NCBI GenBank assembly: GCA_964016885.1
Contig: OZ024743.1
Location: 132,928,001 to 132,992,000 of the forward strand
Origin: Eledone cirrhosa
Lineage: Eukaryota
Reading direction: 5' to 3'
Length of the DNA stretch: 64,000 nt
In this document: positions 23,101-35,100 of the stretch, in pieces
Position numbering within the stretch: the stretch's first letter is position 1
How the letters are laid out: each line of letters begins with the position of its first letter
Translations under genes and position numbers: made by a program
The notes under the pieces: model-generated
What the model was told of the DNA's origin: nothing
What the model saw: only the letters and a program-made list of their open reading frames with translations
The model's database searches: none

Positions 23101-26100
23101 GGTGCTTGGTGCTTGGTGTTTGGTGCTTGGTGCTGGGTGGTTGGTGTTTGGTGCTTGGTGTTTGGTGCTGGGTGCTTGGTGTTTGGTGCTGGGTGCTTGG
23201 TGTTTGGTGCTTGGTGCTTGGTCTTTGGTGCTTGGTGTTTGGTGCTTGGTGCTTGGTGCTTGGTGTTTGGTGCTTGGTGCTTGGTGTTTGGTGCTTGGTG
23301 CTTGGGGTTTGGTTTTTGGTGCTTGGTGCTTGGTGTTTGGTGTTTGGTGCTTGCTGCTGGCTGCTTGGTGTTTGATGCATGGTGATTGGTGCTTGGTGTT
23401 TGGTGCTTGGTGTTTCGTGTTTGATGCTTGGTGCTTGGTGCTTGGTGTTTGGTGCTTGGTGCTTGGTGTTTGGTGCTTGGTGCTTGGTGTTTGGTGCTTG
23501 GTGTTTGGTGCTTGGTGTTTGGTGCTTGGTGCTTGGTGCTTGGTGCTTGGTGTTTGGTGGTTGGTGCTTGGTGCTTGGTGTTAGGTGTTTGGTGCTTGGT
23601 GCTTGGTGTTTGGTGTTTGGTGCTTGGTGTTTGGTGTTTGGTGCTTGGTGTTTGGTGCTTGGTACTTGGTACTTGGTGCTTGGTGTTAGGTGTTTGGTGC
23701 TTGGTGCTTGGTGTCTGGTTTTTGGTGCTTGGTGCTTGGTGTTTGGTGTTTGGTGCTTGCTGCTGGCTGCTTGGTGTTTGGTGCTTGGTGATTGGTGCTT
23801 GGTGTTTGGTGCTTGGTGTTTGGTGTTTGGTGCTTGGTGATTGGTGTTTGTACTTGGTGCTTGGTACTTGGTTCTTGGTGTTTGGTGCTTGGTGCTTGGT
23901 GTTTGGTGTTATATGCTTGGTGTTTGATGCTTGGTGCTTGGTGCTTGGTGTTTGGTGTTTGGTGTTTGATGCTTGGTGCTTGGTGTTTGGTGCTTGGTGC
24001 TTGGTGTTTGTACTTGGTGCTTGGTGCTTGGTGCTTGGTGTTTGGTGCTTGGTGCTTGGTGCTTGGTGCTTGGTCCTTGGTACTTGGTGTTTGGTGGTTG
24101 GTGTTTGGTGCTTGGTGTTAGGTGTTTGGTGCTTGGTGCTTGGTGTTTGGTGTTTGGTGCTTGGTGTTTGGTGTTTGGTGCTTGGTGTTTGGTGCTTGGT
24201 ACTTGGTGCTTTGTGCTTGGTGTTAGGTGTTTCGTGCTTGGTGTTTGGTGCTTGGTGTTTGGTGCTTGGTGCTTGGTGCTTGGTGCTTGGTGTTTGGTGG
24301 TTGGTGTTTGGTGCTTGGTGTTTGGTGCTTGGTGTTTGGTGTTTGGTGCTTGGTGTTTGGTGTTTGGTGCTTGGTGTTTGTTGCTTTTTGCTTGGTGCTT
24401 GGTGCTTTGTGTTTGGTGCTGGGTGCTTGGTGCTTGGTGTTTGGTGTTATATGCTTGGTGTTTGATGCTTGGTGCTTGGTGCTTGGTGTTTGGTGTTTGG
24501 TGCTTGGTGTTTGATGCTTGGTGCTTGGTGCTTGGTGTTTGGTGCTTGGTGCTTGGTGTTTGGTGCTTGGTGCTTGGTGTTTGGTGCTTGGTGTTTGGTG
24601 CTTGGTGCTTGGTGTTTGGTGGTTGGTGCTTGGTGCTTGGTGTTAGGTGTTTGGTGCTTGGTGCTTGGTGTCTGGTTTTTGGTGCTTGGTGCTTGGTGTT
24701 TGGTGCTTGTTGCTGGCTGCTTGGTGTTTGGTGCTTAGTGATTGGTGCTTGGTGTTTGGTGCTTGGTGTTTGGTGTTTGGTGCTTGGTGTTTGTACTTGG
24801 TGTTTGGTGCTTGGTGTTTGGTGCTAGGTGCTTGGTGTTTGGTGCTTGGTGCTTGGTGTTTGGTGCCTGGTGCTTGGTGTTTGGTGTTTGGTGTTTGGTG
24901 CTTGGTGCTTGGTGTTTGGTGTTTGCTGTTTGCTGTTTGGTGTTTGTTGTTTGGTGTTTGTTGTTTGGTGTTTTCTGTTTGGTGTTTGGTATTTGCTTTT
25001 TGGTGTTTGGTGTTTGATGTATGTTGTTTGCTGTTTGGTGTTTGGTGTTTGGTGTTTGGTGCTTGGTGCTTGGTGTTTGGTGCTTGGTGCTTGGTGTTTA
25101 GTGCCTGGTGCTTGGTGCATGGTGCTTGGTGTTTGGTGTTTGGTGCTTGGTGCTTGGAGTTTGGTGTTTGGTGCTTGGTGCTTGGTGTTTCGTGTTTCGT
25201 GTTTGGTTTTTGGTGCTTGGTGCTTGGTGCTTGGTCCTTGGTGTTTGGTGCTGGGTGCATTGTGTTTGGTGCTTGGCGCTTGGTGCTTGGTGCTTGGTGT
25301 TTGGTGTTTGCTGCTTGGTGTTTGATGCTTGGTGCTTGGTGCTTGGTGTTTTGCGCTTGGTGCTTGGTGCTTGGTGTTTGGTGCTTGGTGCTTGGTGCTT
25401 GGTGTTTGTACTTGGTGCTTGGTGATTGGTGTTTGGTTCTTGGTTCTTGGTGTTTGGTGTTTGGCGTTTGGTGTTTGGTGCTTGGTGCTTGGTGTTTGGT
25501 GCTTGGTGCTTGGTGTTTGGTGCCTGGTGCTTGGTGCTTGGTGTTTGGTGTTTGGTGCTTGGTGCTTGGTGCTTGGAGTTTGGTGTTTGGTGCTTGGTGC
25601 TTTGTGTTTTGTGTTTGGTGTTTGGTTTTTGGTGCTTGGTGCTTGGTCCTTGGTGTTTGGTGCTGGGTGCTTTGTGTTTGGTGCTTGGTGCTTGGTGTTT
25701 GGTGTTTGCTGCTTGGTGTTTGATGCTTGGTGCTTGGTGCTTGGTGTTTTGTGTTTGGTGCTTGGTTCTTGGTGTTTGGTGCTTGGTGCTTGGTACTTGG
25801 TGTTTGTACTTGGTGCTTGGTGCTTGGTGTTTGGTTCTTGGTTCTTGGTGTTTGGTACTTGGTGCTTGGTGCTTGATGTTTGGTGTTTGGTGCTTGGTGT
25901 TTGGTGCTTGGTGCTTGGTGCTTGGTGTTAGGTGTTTGGTGCTTGGTCCTTGGTGTTTGGTGCTTGGTGTTTGGTGTTTGCTGTTTGGTGTTTGGTGTTT
26001 CGTGTTTGGTGTTTGCTGTTTGGTGTCTGCTTTTTGGTGTTTGCTGTTTGGTGTCTGCTTTTTGGTGTTTAGTGTTTGCTGTATGGTGTTTGGTGTTTGC

Positions 26101-26120
26101 TGTTTGGTGTTTGGTCTTTG
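18530..26120 (+). repeat. Tandem duplication of a 3795 bp unit (about 18530-22325 and 22325-26120)
   Basis: ORF pairs 18542/22337, 18628/22423, 19108/22903, 19633/23428, 20852/24647, 21534/25329, all offset 3795. Confidence 0.92.
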
Positions 26121-29100
26121 GTGCTTGGTGTTTGGTGCTTGGTGCTTGGTGTTTGGTGTTTGGTGCTTGGTGCTTGGTGTTTGGTGTTTGGTGCTTGGTG
26201 TTTGGTGTTTGGTGCTTGGTGTCTGGTGCTTGGTGTTTGGTTTTTGGTGCTTGGTGTTTGGTGTTTGGTGCTTGGTGTTTGGTGTTTGGTGTTTGGTGCT
26301 TGGTGCTTGGTGTTTGGTGTTTGGTGTTTGGTGCTTGGTGTCTGGTGCTTGGTGTTTGGTGTTTGGTGCTTGGTGTTTGGTGTTTGGTGTTTGGTGCTTG
26401 GTGTCTGGTGCTTGGTGTTTGGTGTTTGGTGCTTGGTGTTTGGTGTTCGGTGTTTGGTGCTTGGTGCTTGGTGCTTGGTGTTTTGTGTTTGGTGCTTGGT
26501 GCTTGGTGTTTGGTGCTTGGTGCTGGGTGGTTGGTGTTTGGTGCTTGGTGTTTGGTGCTGGGTGCTTGGTGTTTGGTGCTGGGTGCTTGGTATTTGGTGC
26601 TTGGTGCTTGGTCTTTGGTGCTTGGTGTTTGGTGCTTGGTGCTTGGTGTTTGGTGCTTGGTGCTTGGTGTTTGGTGCTTGGTGCTTGGTGTTTGGTTTTT
26701 GGTGCTTGGTGCTTGGTGTTTGGTGTTTGGTGCTTGCTGCTGGCTGCTTGGTGTTTGATGCATGGTGATTGGTGCTTGGTGTTTGGTGCTTGGTGTTTGG
26801 TGTTTGATGCTTGGTGCTTGGTGCTTGGTGTTTGGTGCTTGGTGCTTGGTGCTTGGTGTTTGGTGCTTGGTGTTTGGAGCTTGGTGTTTGGTGCTTGGTG
26901 CTTGGTGCTTGGTGCTTGGTGTTTGGTGGTTGGTGCTTGGTGCTTGGTGTTAGGTGTTTGGTGCTTGGTGCTTGGTGGTTGGTGTTTGGTGCTTGGTGTT
27001 TGGTGCTGGGTGCTTGGTTTTTGGTGCTGGGTGCTTGGTGTTTGGTGCTTGGTGCTTGGTGTTTGGTGCTTTGTGTTTGGTGCTTGGTGCTTGGTGCTTG
27101 GTGTTTGGTGTTTGGTGCTTGGTGTTTGGTGCTTGGTGCTTGGTGTTTGGTTTTTGGTGCTTGGTGTTTGGTGTTTGGTGTTTGGTGCTTGCTGCTGGCT
27201 GCTTGGTGTTTGATGCATGGTGATTTGTGCTTGGTGTTTGGTGCTTGGTGTTTGGTGTTTGATGCTTGGTGCTTGGTGTTTGGTGTTTGATGCTTGGTGC
27301 TTGGTGCTTGGTGTTTGGTTCTTGGTGTTTGGTGTTTGGTGCTTGGTCATTGGTGTTTCTACTTGGTGCTTGGTGCTTGGTTCTTGGTGTTTGGTGTTAT
27401 ATGCTTGGTGTTTGATGCTTGGTGCTTGGTGCTTGGTGTTTGGTGTTTGGTGTTTGATGCTTGGTGCTTGGTGTTTGGTGCTTGGTGCTTGGTGTTTGTA
27501 CTTGGTGCTTGGTGCTTGGTGCTTGGTGTTTGGTGCTTGGTATTTGGTGCTTGGTGCTTGGTGCTTGGTCCTTGGTGCTTGGTGTTTGGTGGTTGGTGTT
27601 TGGTGGTTGGTGTTAGGTGTTTGGTGCTTGGTGCTTGGTGTTTGGTGTTTGGTGTTTGGTGTTTGGTGCTTGGTGTTTGATGCTTGGTGCTTGGTGCTTG
27701 GTGTTTGGTGCTTGGTGCTTGGTGTTTGGTGCTTGGTGCTTGGTGTTTGGTGCTTGGTGTTTGGTGCTTGGTGTTTGGTGCTTGGTGCTTGGTGCTTGGT
27801 GCTTGGTGTTTGGTGTTTGGTGCTTGGTGTTTGGTGCTTGGTACTTGGTGCTTGGTGCTTGGTGATAGGTGTTTGGTGCTTGGTGCTTGGTGTCTGGTTT
27901 TTGGTGCTTGGTTCTTGGTGTTTGGTGCTTGCTGCTGGCTGCTTGGTGTTTGGTGCTTGGTGATTGGTGCTTGGTGTTTGGTGTTTGGTGCTAGGTGCTT
28001 GGTGTTTGGTGCTTGGTGCTTGGTGTTTGTACTTGGTGCTTGGTGCTTGGTTCTTGGTGTTTGGTGCTTCGTGCTTGGTGTTTGGTGCTTGGTGCTTGGT
28101 GTTTGGTGCTTGGTGTTTGGTGCTTGGTGTTTGGTGCTTGGTGTTTGGTGCTAGGTGCTTGGTGTTTGGTGCTTGGTGCTTGGTGTTTGGTGCCTGGTGC
28201 TTGGTGTTTGGTGTTTGGTGTTTGGTGCTTGGTGCTTGGTGTTTGGTGTTTGCTGTTTGCTGTTTGGTGTTTGTTGTTTGGTGTTTGTTGTTTGGTGTTT
28301 GCTGTTTGGTGTTTGGTATTTGCTTTTTGGTGTTTGGTGTTTGATGTATGTTGTTTGCTGTTTGGTGTTTGGTGTTTGGTGTTTGGTGCTTGGTGCTTGG
28401 TGTTTGGTGCTTGGTGCTTGGTGTTTAGTGCCTGGTGCTTGGTGCATGGTGCTTGGTGTTTGGTGTTTGGTGCTTGGTGCTTGGAGTTTGGTGTTTGGTG
28501 CTTGGTGCTTGGTGTTTCGTGTTTCGTGTTTGGTTTTTGGTGCTTGGTGCTTGGTGCTTGGTCCTTGGTGTTTGGTGCTGGGTGCATTGTGTTTGGTGCT
28601 TGGCGCTTGGTGCTTGGTGCTTGGTGTTTGGTGTTTGCTGCTTGGTGTTTGATGCTTGGTGCTTGGTGCTTGGTGTTTTGCGCTTGGTGCTTGGTGCTTG
28701 GTGTTTGGTACTTGGTGCTTGGTGCTTGGTGTTTGTACTTGGTGCTTGGTGATTGGTGTTTGGTTCTTGGTTCTTGGTGTTTGGTGTTTGGCGTTTGGTG
28801 TTTGGTGCTTGGTGCTTGGTGTTTGGTGCTTGGTGCTTGGTGTTTGGTGCCTGGTGCTTGGTGCTTGGTGTTTGGTGTTTGGTGCTTGGTGCTTGGTGCT
28901 TGGAGTTTGGTGTTTGGTGCTTGGTGCTTTGTGTTTTGTGTTTGGTGTTTGGTTTTTGGTGCTTGGTGCTTGGTCCTTGGTGTTTGGTGCTGGGTGCTTT
29001 GTGTTTGGTGCTTGGTGCTTGGTGTTTGGTGTTTGCTGCTTGGTGTTTGATGATTGGTGCTTGGTGCTTGGTGTTTTGTGTTTGGTGCTTGGTTCTTGGT

Positions 29101-31480
29101 GTTTGGTGCTTGGTGCTTGGTACTTGGTGTTTGTACTTGGTGCTTGGTGCTTGGTGTTTGGTTCTTGGTTCTTGGTGTTTGGTACTTGGTGCTTGGTGCT
29201 TGATGTTTGGTGTTTGGTGCTTGGTGTTTGGTGCTTGGTGCTTGGTGCTTGGTGTTAGGTGTTTGGTGCTTGGTCCTTGGTGTTTGGTGCTTGGTGTTTG
29301 GTGTTTGCTGTTTGGTGTTTGGTGTTTCGTGTTTGGTGTTTGCTGTTTGGTGTCTGCTTTTTGGTGTTTGCTGTTTGGTGTCTGCTTTTTGGTGTTTAGT
29401 GTTTGCTGTATGGTGTTTGGTGTTTGCTGTTTGGTGTTTGGTCTTTGGTGCTTGGTGTTTGGTGCTTGGTGATTGGTGTTTGGTGTTTGGTGCTTGGTGC
29501 TTGGTGTTTGGTGTTTGGTGCTTGGTGTTTGGTGTTTGGTGCTTGGTGTCTGGTGCTTGGTGTTTGGTTTTTGGTGCTTGGTGTTTAGTGTTTGGTGCTT
29601 GGTGTTTGGTGTTTGGTGTTTGGTGCTTGGTGCTTGGTGTTTGGTGTTTGGTGTTTGGTGCTTGGTGTCTGGTGCTTGGTGTTTGGTGTTTGGTGCTTGG
29701 TGTTTGGTGTTTGGTGTTTGGTGCTTGGTGTCTGGTGCTTGGTGTTTGGTGTTTGGTGCTTGGTGTTTGGTGTTTGGTGTTTGGTGCTTGGTGCTTGGTG
29801 CTTGGTGTTTTGTGTTTGGTGCTTGGTGCTTGGTGTTTGGTGCTTGGTGCTGGGTGGTTGGTGTTTGGTGCTTGGTGTTTGGTGCTGGGTGCTTGGTGTT
29901 TGGTGCTGGGTGCTTGGTATTTGGTGCTTGGTGCTTGGTCTTTGGTGCTTGGTGTTTGGTGCTTGGTGCTTGGTGTTTGGTGCTTGGTGCTTGGTGTTTG
30001 GTGCTTGGTGCTTGGTGTTTGGTTTTTGGTGCTTGGTGCTTGGTGTTTGGTGTTTGGTGCTTGCTGCTGGCTGCTTGGTGTTTGATGCATGGTGATTGGT
30101 GCTTGGTGTTTGGTGCTTGGTGTTTGGTGTTTGATGCTTGGTGCTTGGTGCTTGGTGTTTGGTGCTTGGTGCTTGGTGCTTGGTGTTTGGTGCTTGGTGT
30201 TTGGTGCTTGGTGTTTGGTGCTTGGTGCTTGGTGCTTGGTGCTTGGTGTTTGGTGGTTGGTGCTTGGTGCTTGGTGTTAGGTGTTTGGTGCTTGGTGCTT
30301 GGTGGTTGGTGTTTGGTGCTTGGTGTTTGGTGCTGGGTGCTTGGTTTTTGGTGCTGGGTGCTTGGTGTTTGGTGCTTGGTGCTTGGTGTTTGGTGCTTTG
30401 TGTTTGGTGCTTGGTGCTTGGTGCTTGGTGTTTGGTGTTTGGTGCTTGGTGTTTGGTGCTTGGTGCTTGGTGTTTGGTTTTTGGTGCTTGGTGTTTGGTG
30501 TTTGGTGTTTGGTGCTTGCTGCTGGCTGCTTGGTGTTTGATGCATGGTGATTTGTGCTTGGTGTTTGGTGCTTGGTGTTTGGTGTTTGATGCTTGGTGCT
30601 TGGTGTTTGGTGTTTGATGCTTGGTGCTTGGTGCTTGGTGTTTGGTGCTTGGTGTTTGGTGTTTGGTGCTTGGTCATTGGTGTTTCTACTTGGTGCTTGG
30701 TGCTTGGTTCTTGGTGTTTGGTGCTTGGTGCTTGGTGTTTGGTGTTATATGCTTGGTGTTTGATGCTTGGTGCTTGGTGCTTGGTGTTTGGTGTTTGGTG
30801 TTTGATGCTTGGTGCTTGGTGTTTGGTGCTTGGTGCTTGGTGTTTGTACTTGGTGCTTGGTGCTTGGTGCTTGGTGTTTGGTGCTTGGTATTTGGTGCTT
30901 GGTGCTTGGTGCTTGGTCCTTGGTGCTTGGTGTTTGGTGGTTGGTGTTTGGTGGTTGGTGTTAGGTGTTTGGTGCTTGGTGCTTGGTGTTTGGTGTTTGG
31001 TGTTTGGTGTTTGGTGCTTGGTGTTTGATGCTTGGTGCTTGGTGCTTGGTGTTTGGTGCTTGGTGCTTGGTGTTTGGTGCTTGGTGCTTGGTGTTTGGTG
31101 CTTGGTGTTTGGTGCTTGGTGTTTGGTGCTTGGTGCTTGGTGCTTGGTGCTTGGTGTTTGGTGTTTGGTGCTTGGTGTTTGGTGCTTGGTACTTGGTGCT
31201 TGGTGCTTGGTGATAGGTGTTTGGTGCTTGGTGCTTGGTGTCTGGTTTTTGGTGCTTGGTTCTTGGTTCTTGGTGTTTGGTGCTTGCTGCTGGCTGCTTG
31301 GTGTTTGGTGCTTGGTGATTGGTGCTTGGTGTTTGGTGTTTGGTGCTAGGTGCTTGGTGTTTGGTGCTTGGTGCTTGGTGTTTGTACTTGGTGCTTGGTG
31401 CTTGGTTCTTGGTGTTTGGTGCTTCGTGCTTGGTGTTTGGTGCTTGGTGCTTGGTGTTTGGTGCTTGGTGTTTGGTGCTT
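24800..31480 (+). repeat. Tandem duplication of a unit of about 3.33 kb (about 24800-28130 and 28130-31480), overlapping the 3795 bp duplication
   Basis: ORF pairs 24824/28151, 25098/28425, 25880/29207, 26762/30089, 27217/30544 (offset 3327); 27617/30965 (3348, i.e. three more monomers). Rare TTGGTGA-TAGGTGT present in both copies. Confidence 0.9.
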
Positions 31481-32949
31481 GGTGTTTGGTGCTTGGTGCT
31501 TGGTGCTTGGTGTTTGGTGCTTGGTGTTTGGTGCTTGGTGTTAGGTGTTTGGTGCTTGGTGCTTGGTGTTTAGTGTTTGGTGCTTGGTGTTTGGTGTTTG
31601 GTGTTATATGCTTGGTGTTTGATGCTTGGTGCTTGGTGCTTGGTGTTTGGCGCTTGGTGTTTGATGCTTGGTGCTTGGTGCTTGGTGTTTGGTGCTTGGT
31701 GCTTGGTGTTTGTACTTGGTGCTTGGTGCTTGGTTCTTGGTGTTTGGTGCCTGGTGTTTGGTGTTTGGTGTTATATGCTTGGTGTTTGATGCTTGGTGCT
31801 TGGTGCTTGGTGTTTGGTGCTTGGTGTTTGATGCTTGGTGCTTGGTGCTTGGTGTTTGGTGCTTGGTGCTTGGTGTTTGTACTTGGTGCTTGGTGCTTGG
31901 TTCTTGGTGTTTGGTGCTTGGTGCTTGGTGTTTGGTGCTTGGTGCTTGGTGTTTGGTGCTTGGTGTTTGGTGCTTGGTGTTTGGTGCTTGGTCCTTGGTG
32001 CTTAGTGCTTGGTGTTTGGTGCTTGGTGTTAGGTGTTTGGTGCTTGGTGCTTGGTGTTTGGTGTTTGGTGCTTGGTGTTTGGTGCTTGGTGTTTGGTGTT
32101 AGGTGTTTGGTGCTTGGTGTTTGGTGTTTGGTGCTTGGTGTTTGGTGCTTGGTGTTTGGTGCTTGGTGTTTGGTGCTTGGTACTTGGTGCTTGGTGCTTC
32201 GTGTTAGGTGTTTGGTGCTTGGTGCTTGGTGTTTGGTGTTTGGTTTTTGGTGCTTGGTGTTTGGTGTTTGGTGTTTGGTGCTTGCTGCTGGCTGCTTGGT
32301 GTTTGATGCATGGTGATTTGTGCTTGGTGTTTGGTGCTTGGTGTTTGGTGTTTGATGCTTGGTGCTTGGTGTTTGGTGTTTGATGCTTGGTGCTTGGTGC
32401 TTGGTGTTTGGTGCTTGGTGTTTGGTGTTTGGTGCTTGGTCATTGGTGTTTCTACTTGGTGCTTGGTGCTTGGTTCTTGGTGTTTGGTGCTTGGTGCTTG
32501 GTGTTTTGTGTTATATGCTTGGTGTTTGATGCTTGGTGCTTGGTGCTTGGTGTTTGGTGTTTGGTGTTTGATGCTTGGTGCTTGGTGTTTGGTGCTTGGT
32601 GCTTGGTGTTTGTACTTGATGCTTGGTTCTTGGTGCTTGGTGTTTGGTGCTTGGTATTTGGTGCTTGGTGCTTGGTGCTTGGTCCTTGGTGCTTGGTGTT
32701 TGGTGGTTGGTGTTTGGTGGTTGGTGTTAGGTGTTTGGTGCTTGGTGCTAGGTGTTTGGTGTTTGGTGCTTGGTGTTTGGTGTTTGGTGATTGGTGTTTG
32801 GTGCTTGGTACTTGGTGCTTGGTGCTTGGTGTTAGGTGTTTGGTGCTTGGTGTTTGGTGCTTGGTGTTTGGTGCTTGGTGCTTGGTGCTTGGTGCTTGGT
32901 GTTTGGTGGTTGGTGTTTGGTGCTTGGTGTTTGGTGCTTGGTGTTACGT

Positions 32950-35100
32950 GTTTGGTGCTTGGTGCTTGGTCCTTGGTGCTTGGTGTTTGGTGTTGTGTGC
33001 TTGGTGCTTGGTGCTTGGTGTTTGGCGTTTGCTGTTTGCTGTTTGGTGTTTGGTGTTTGCTGTTTGGTGTTTGCTGTTTGGTGTTTGGTGTTTGGTGCTT
33101 GCTGTTTGGTGCTTGGTGCTTGGTGTTTGGTGTTTGGTGCTTGGTGTTTGGTGCTTGGTGCTTGGTGCTGGGTGTTTGGTGCTTGGTGCTTGGTGTTTGG
33201 TGTTTGGTGCTTGGTGCTTGGTGCTTGGTGTTTGGTCCTTGGTGCTTGGTGCTTGGTGTTTGGTGCTTGGGTTTTGGTGTTTGGTGCTTGGTGCTTGGTG
33301 TTTGGTGCTTGGTGCTTGGTGTTTGGTGCTTGGTGTTTGGTGCTTGCTGCTTGGTGCTTGGTGTTTGGTGCTTGGTGCTTGGTGATTAGTGTTTGGTGAT
33401 TGGTGCTTGGGGTTTGGTGTTTGGGGCTTGGTGTTTGGTGCTTGGTGCTTGCTGTTTGGTGTTTGGTGTTTGGTTCTTGGTGCTTGGTGTTTGGTGTTTG
33501 GTGTTTGGTGCTTGGTGCTTGGTGCTTGGTGTTTGGTGCTTGGTGCTTGGTGCTTGGTGTTTGGTGCTGCGGGCTTGGTGTTTGGTGTTTGGTGCTTGGT
33601 GCCTGGTGCTTGTTGTTTGGTGTTTGGTGCTTAGTGCTTGGTGTTTGGTGTTTGGTGCTTGGTGCTTGGTGGCTGGTGTTTGGTGCTTGGTGTTTGGAGT
33701 TCGGTGCTTGGTGCTTGGTGCCTGGTGTTTCGTGCTTGGTGCTTGGTGCTTGGTGTTTGGTGTTTGGTGCTTGGTGTTTGGTGTTTGGTACTTGGTGCTT
33801 GGTGCTTGGTGCTTGGTGTTTGGTGCTTGGTGTTTGATGCTGCGTGCTTGGTGTTTGGTGTTTGGTGCTTGGTGCTTGGTGTTTGGTGTTTGGAGCTTGG
33901 TGCCTGGTGCTTGTTGTTTGGTGTTTGGCGCTTGGTGCTTGGTGTTTGGTGTTTGGTGCATGGTGCTTGGTGCTTGGTATCTGGTGTTTGGTGCTTGATG
34001 TTTGGTGTTTGGTGCTTGGTGTTTGGTGTTTGGTGCTTGGTGCTTGGTGTTTGGTGCTTGGTGTTTGGTGTTTGGTGTTTGATGCTTGGTGTTTGCTGCT
34101 TGGTGCTTGGTGCTTGGTGTTTTGTGTTTGGTGTTTGATGCTGCGTGCTTGGTGTTTGGTGTTTGGTGCGTGGTGCTTGGTGTTTGGTGTTTGGAGCTTG
34201 GTGCCTGGTGCTTGATGTTTGGTGTTTGGTGCTTGGTGTTTGGTGTTTGGTGCTTGGTGCTTGGTGTTTGGTGCTTGGTGTTTGGTGTTTGGTGATTGAT
34301 GCTTGGTGTTTGCTGCTTGCTGCTTGCTGCTTGGTGTTTGGTGCTAGGGGCTTGGTGCTTGGTGCTTGGTGTTTGGTGCTTGGTGCTTGGTGCCTGGTGC
34401 TTGGTGCTTGGTGCTTGTTGTTTGGTGCTTGGTGCTTGGTGATTAGTGTTTGGTGCTTGGTGCTTGCGGTTTGGTGTTTGGTGCTTGGGGTTTGGTGTTT
34501 GGTGCTTGGTGCTTGGTGTTTGGTGCTTGGAGCTTGGTGCTTGGTGTTTGGTGCTTGGTGTTTGGTGCTTGGTGCTTGGTGTTTGGTGTTTGGCGTTTGC
34601 TGTTTGCTGTTTGGTGTTTGGTGTTTGCTGTTTGGTGTTTGCTGTTTGGTTTTTGGTGTTTGGTGCTTGCTGTTTGGTGCTTGGTGCTTGGTGTTTGGTG
34701 TTCGGTGCTTGGTGCTTGGTGCTTGGTGTTTGGTGCTTGGTGCTTGGTGCTGGGTGTTTGGTGCTTGGTGCTTGGTGTTTGGTGCTTGGTGCTTGGTGCT
34801 TGGTGTTTGGTCCTTGGTGCATGGTGCTTGGTCTTTGGTGCTTGGTTTGTGGTGTTTGGTGCTTGGTGCTTGGTGTTTGGTGCTTGGTTCTTGGTGCTTG
34901 GTGCTTGGTGTTTGGTGATTGCTGCTTGGTGCTTGGTGTTTGGTGCTTGGTGCTTGGTGATTAGTGTTTGGTGATTGGTGCTTGGGGTTTGCTGTTTGGT
35001 GCTTGGTGTTTGGTGCTTGGTGCTTGCTGTTTGGTGTTTGGTGTTTGGTTCTTGGTGCTTGGTGTTTGGTGTTTGGTGTTTGGTGCTTGGTGTTTGGTGT
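32950..35100 (+). repeat. Divergent sub-array of the same heptamer with private variants and its own internal repeats (273/301 bp and 1575 bp)
   Basis: TGCGGGC at 33568, TGCGTGC at 33841 and 34142; TTGGTGA-TTAGTGT; ORF trio 33389/33393/33400 repeated at 34964/34968/34975. No TTGTAC hexamer seen between about 32615 and 35597. Confidence 0.75.

Noticed and set aside
25098-27350. Long - strand ORFs (up to 750 aa) of STKHQAP/NTKHQTP heptads resembling mucin, adhesin or Pol II CTD repeats
   Set aside because: Reverse translation of a T-less strand; overlapping equivalent ORFs in several frames; no signal peptide, anchor or non-repeat termini; variation is 7-periodic, not codon-periodic.
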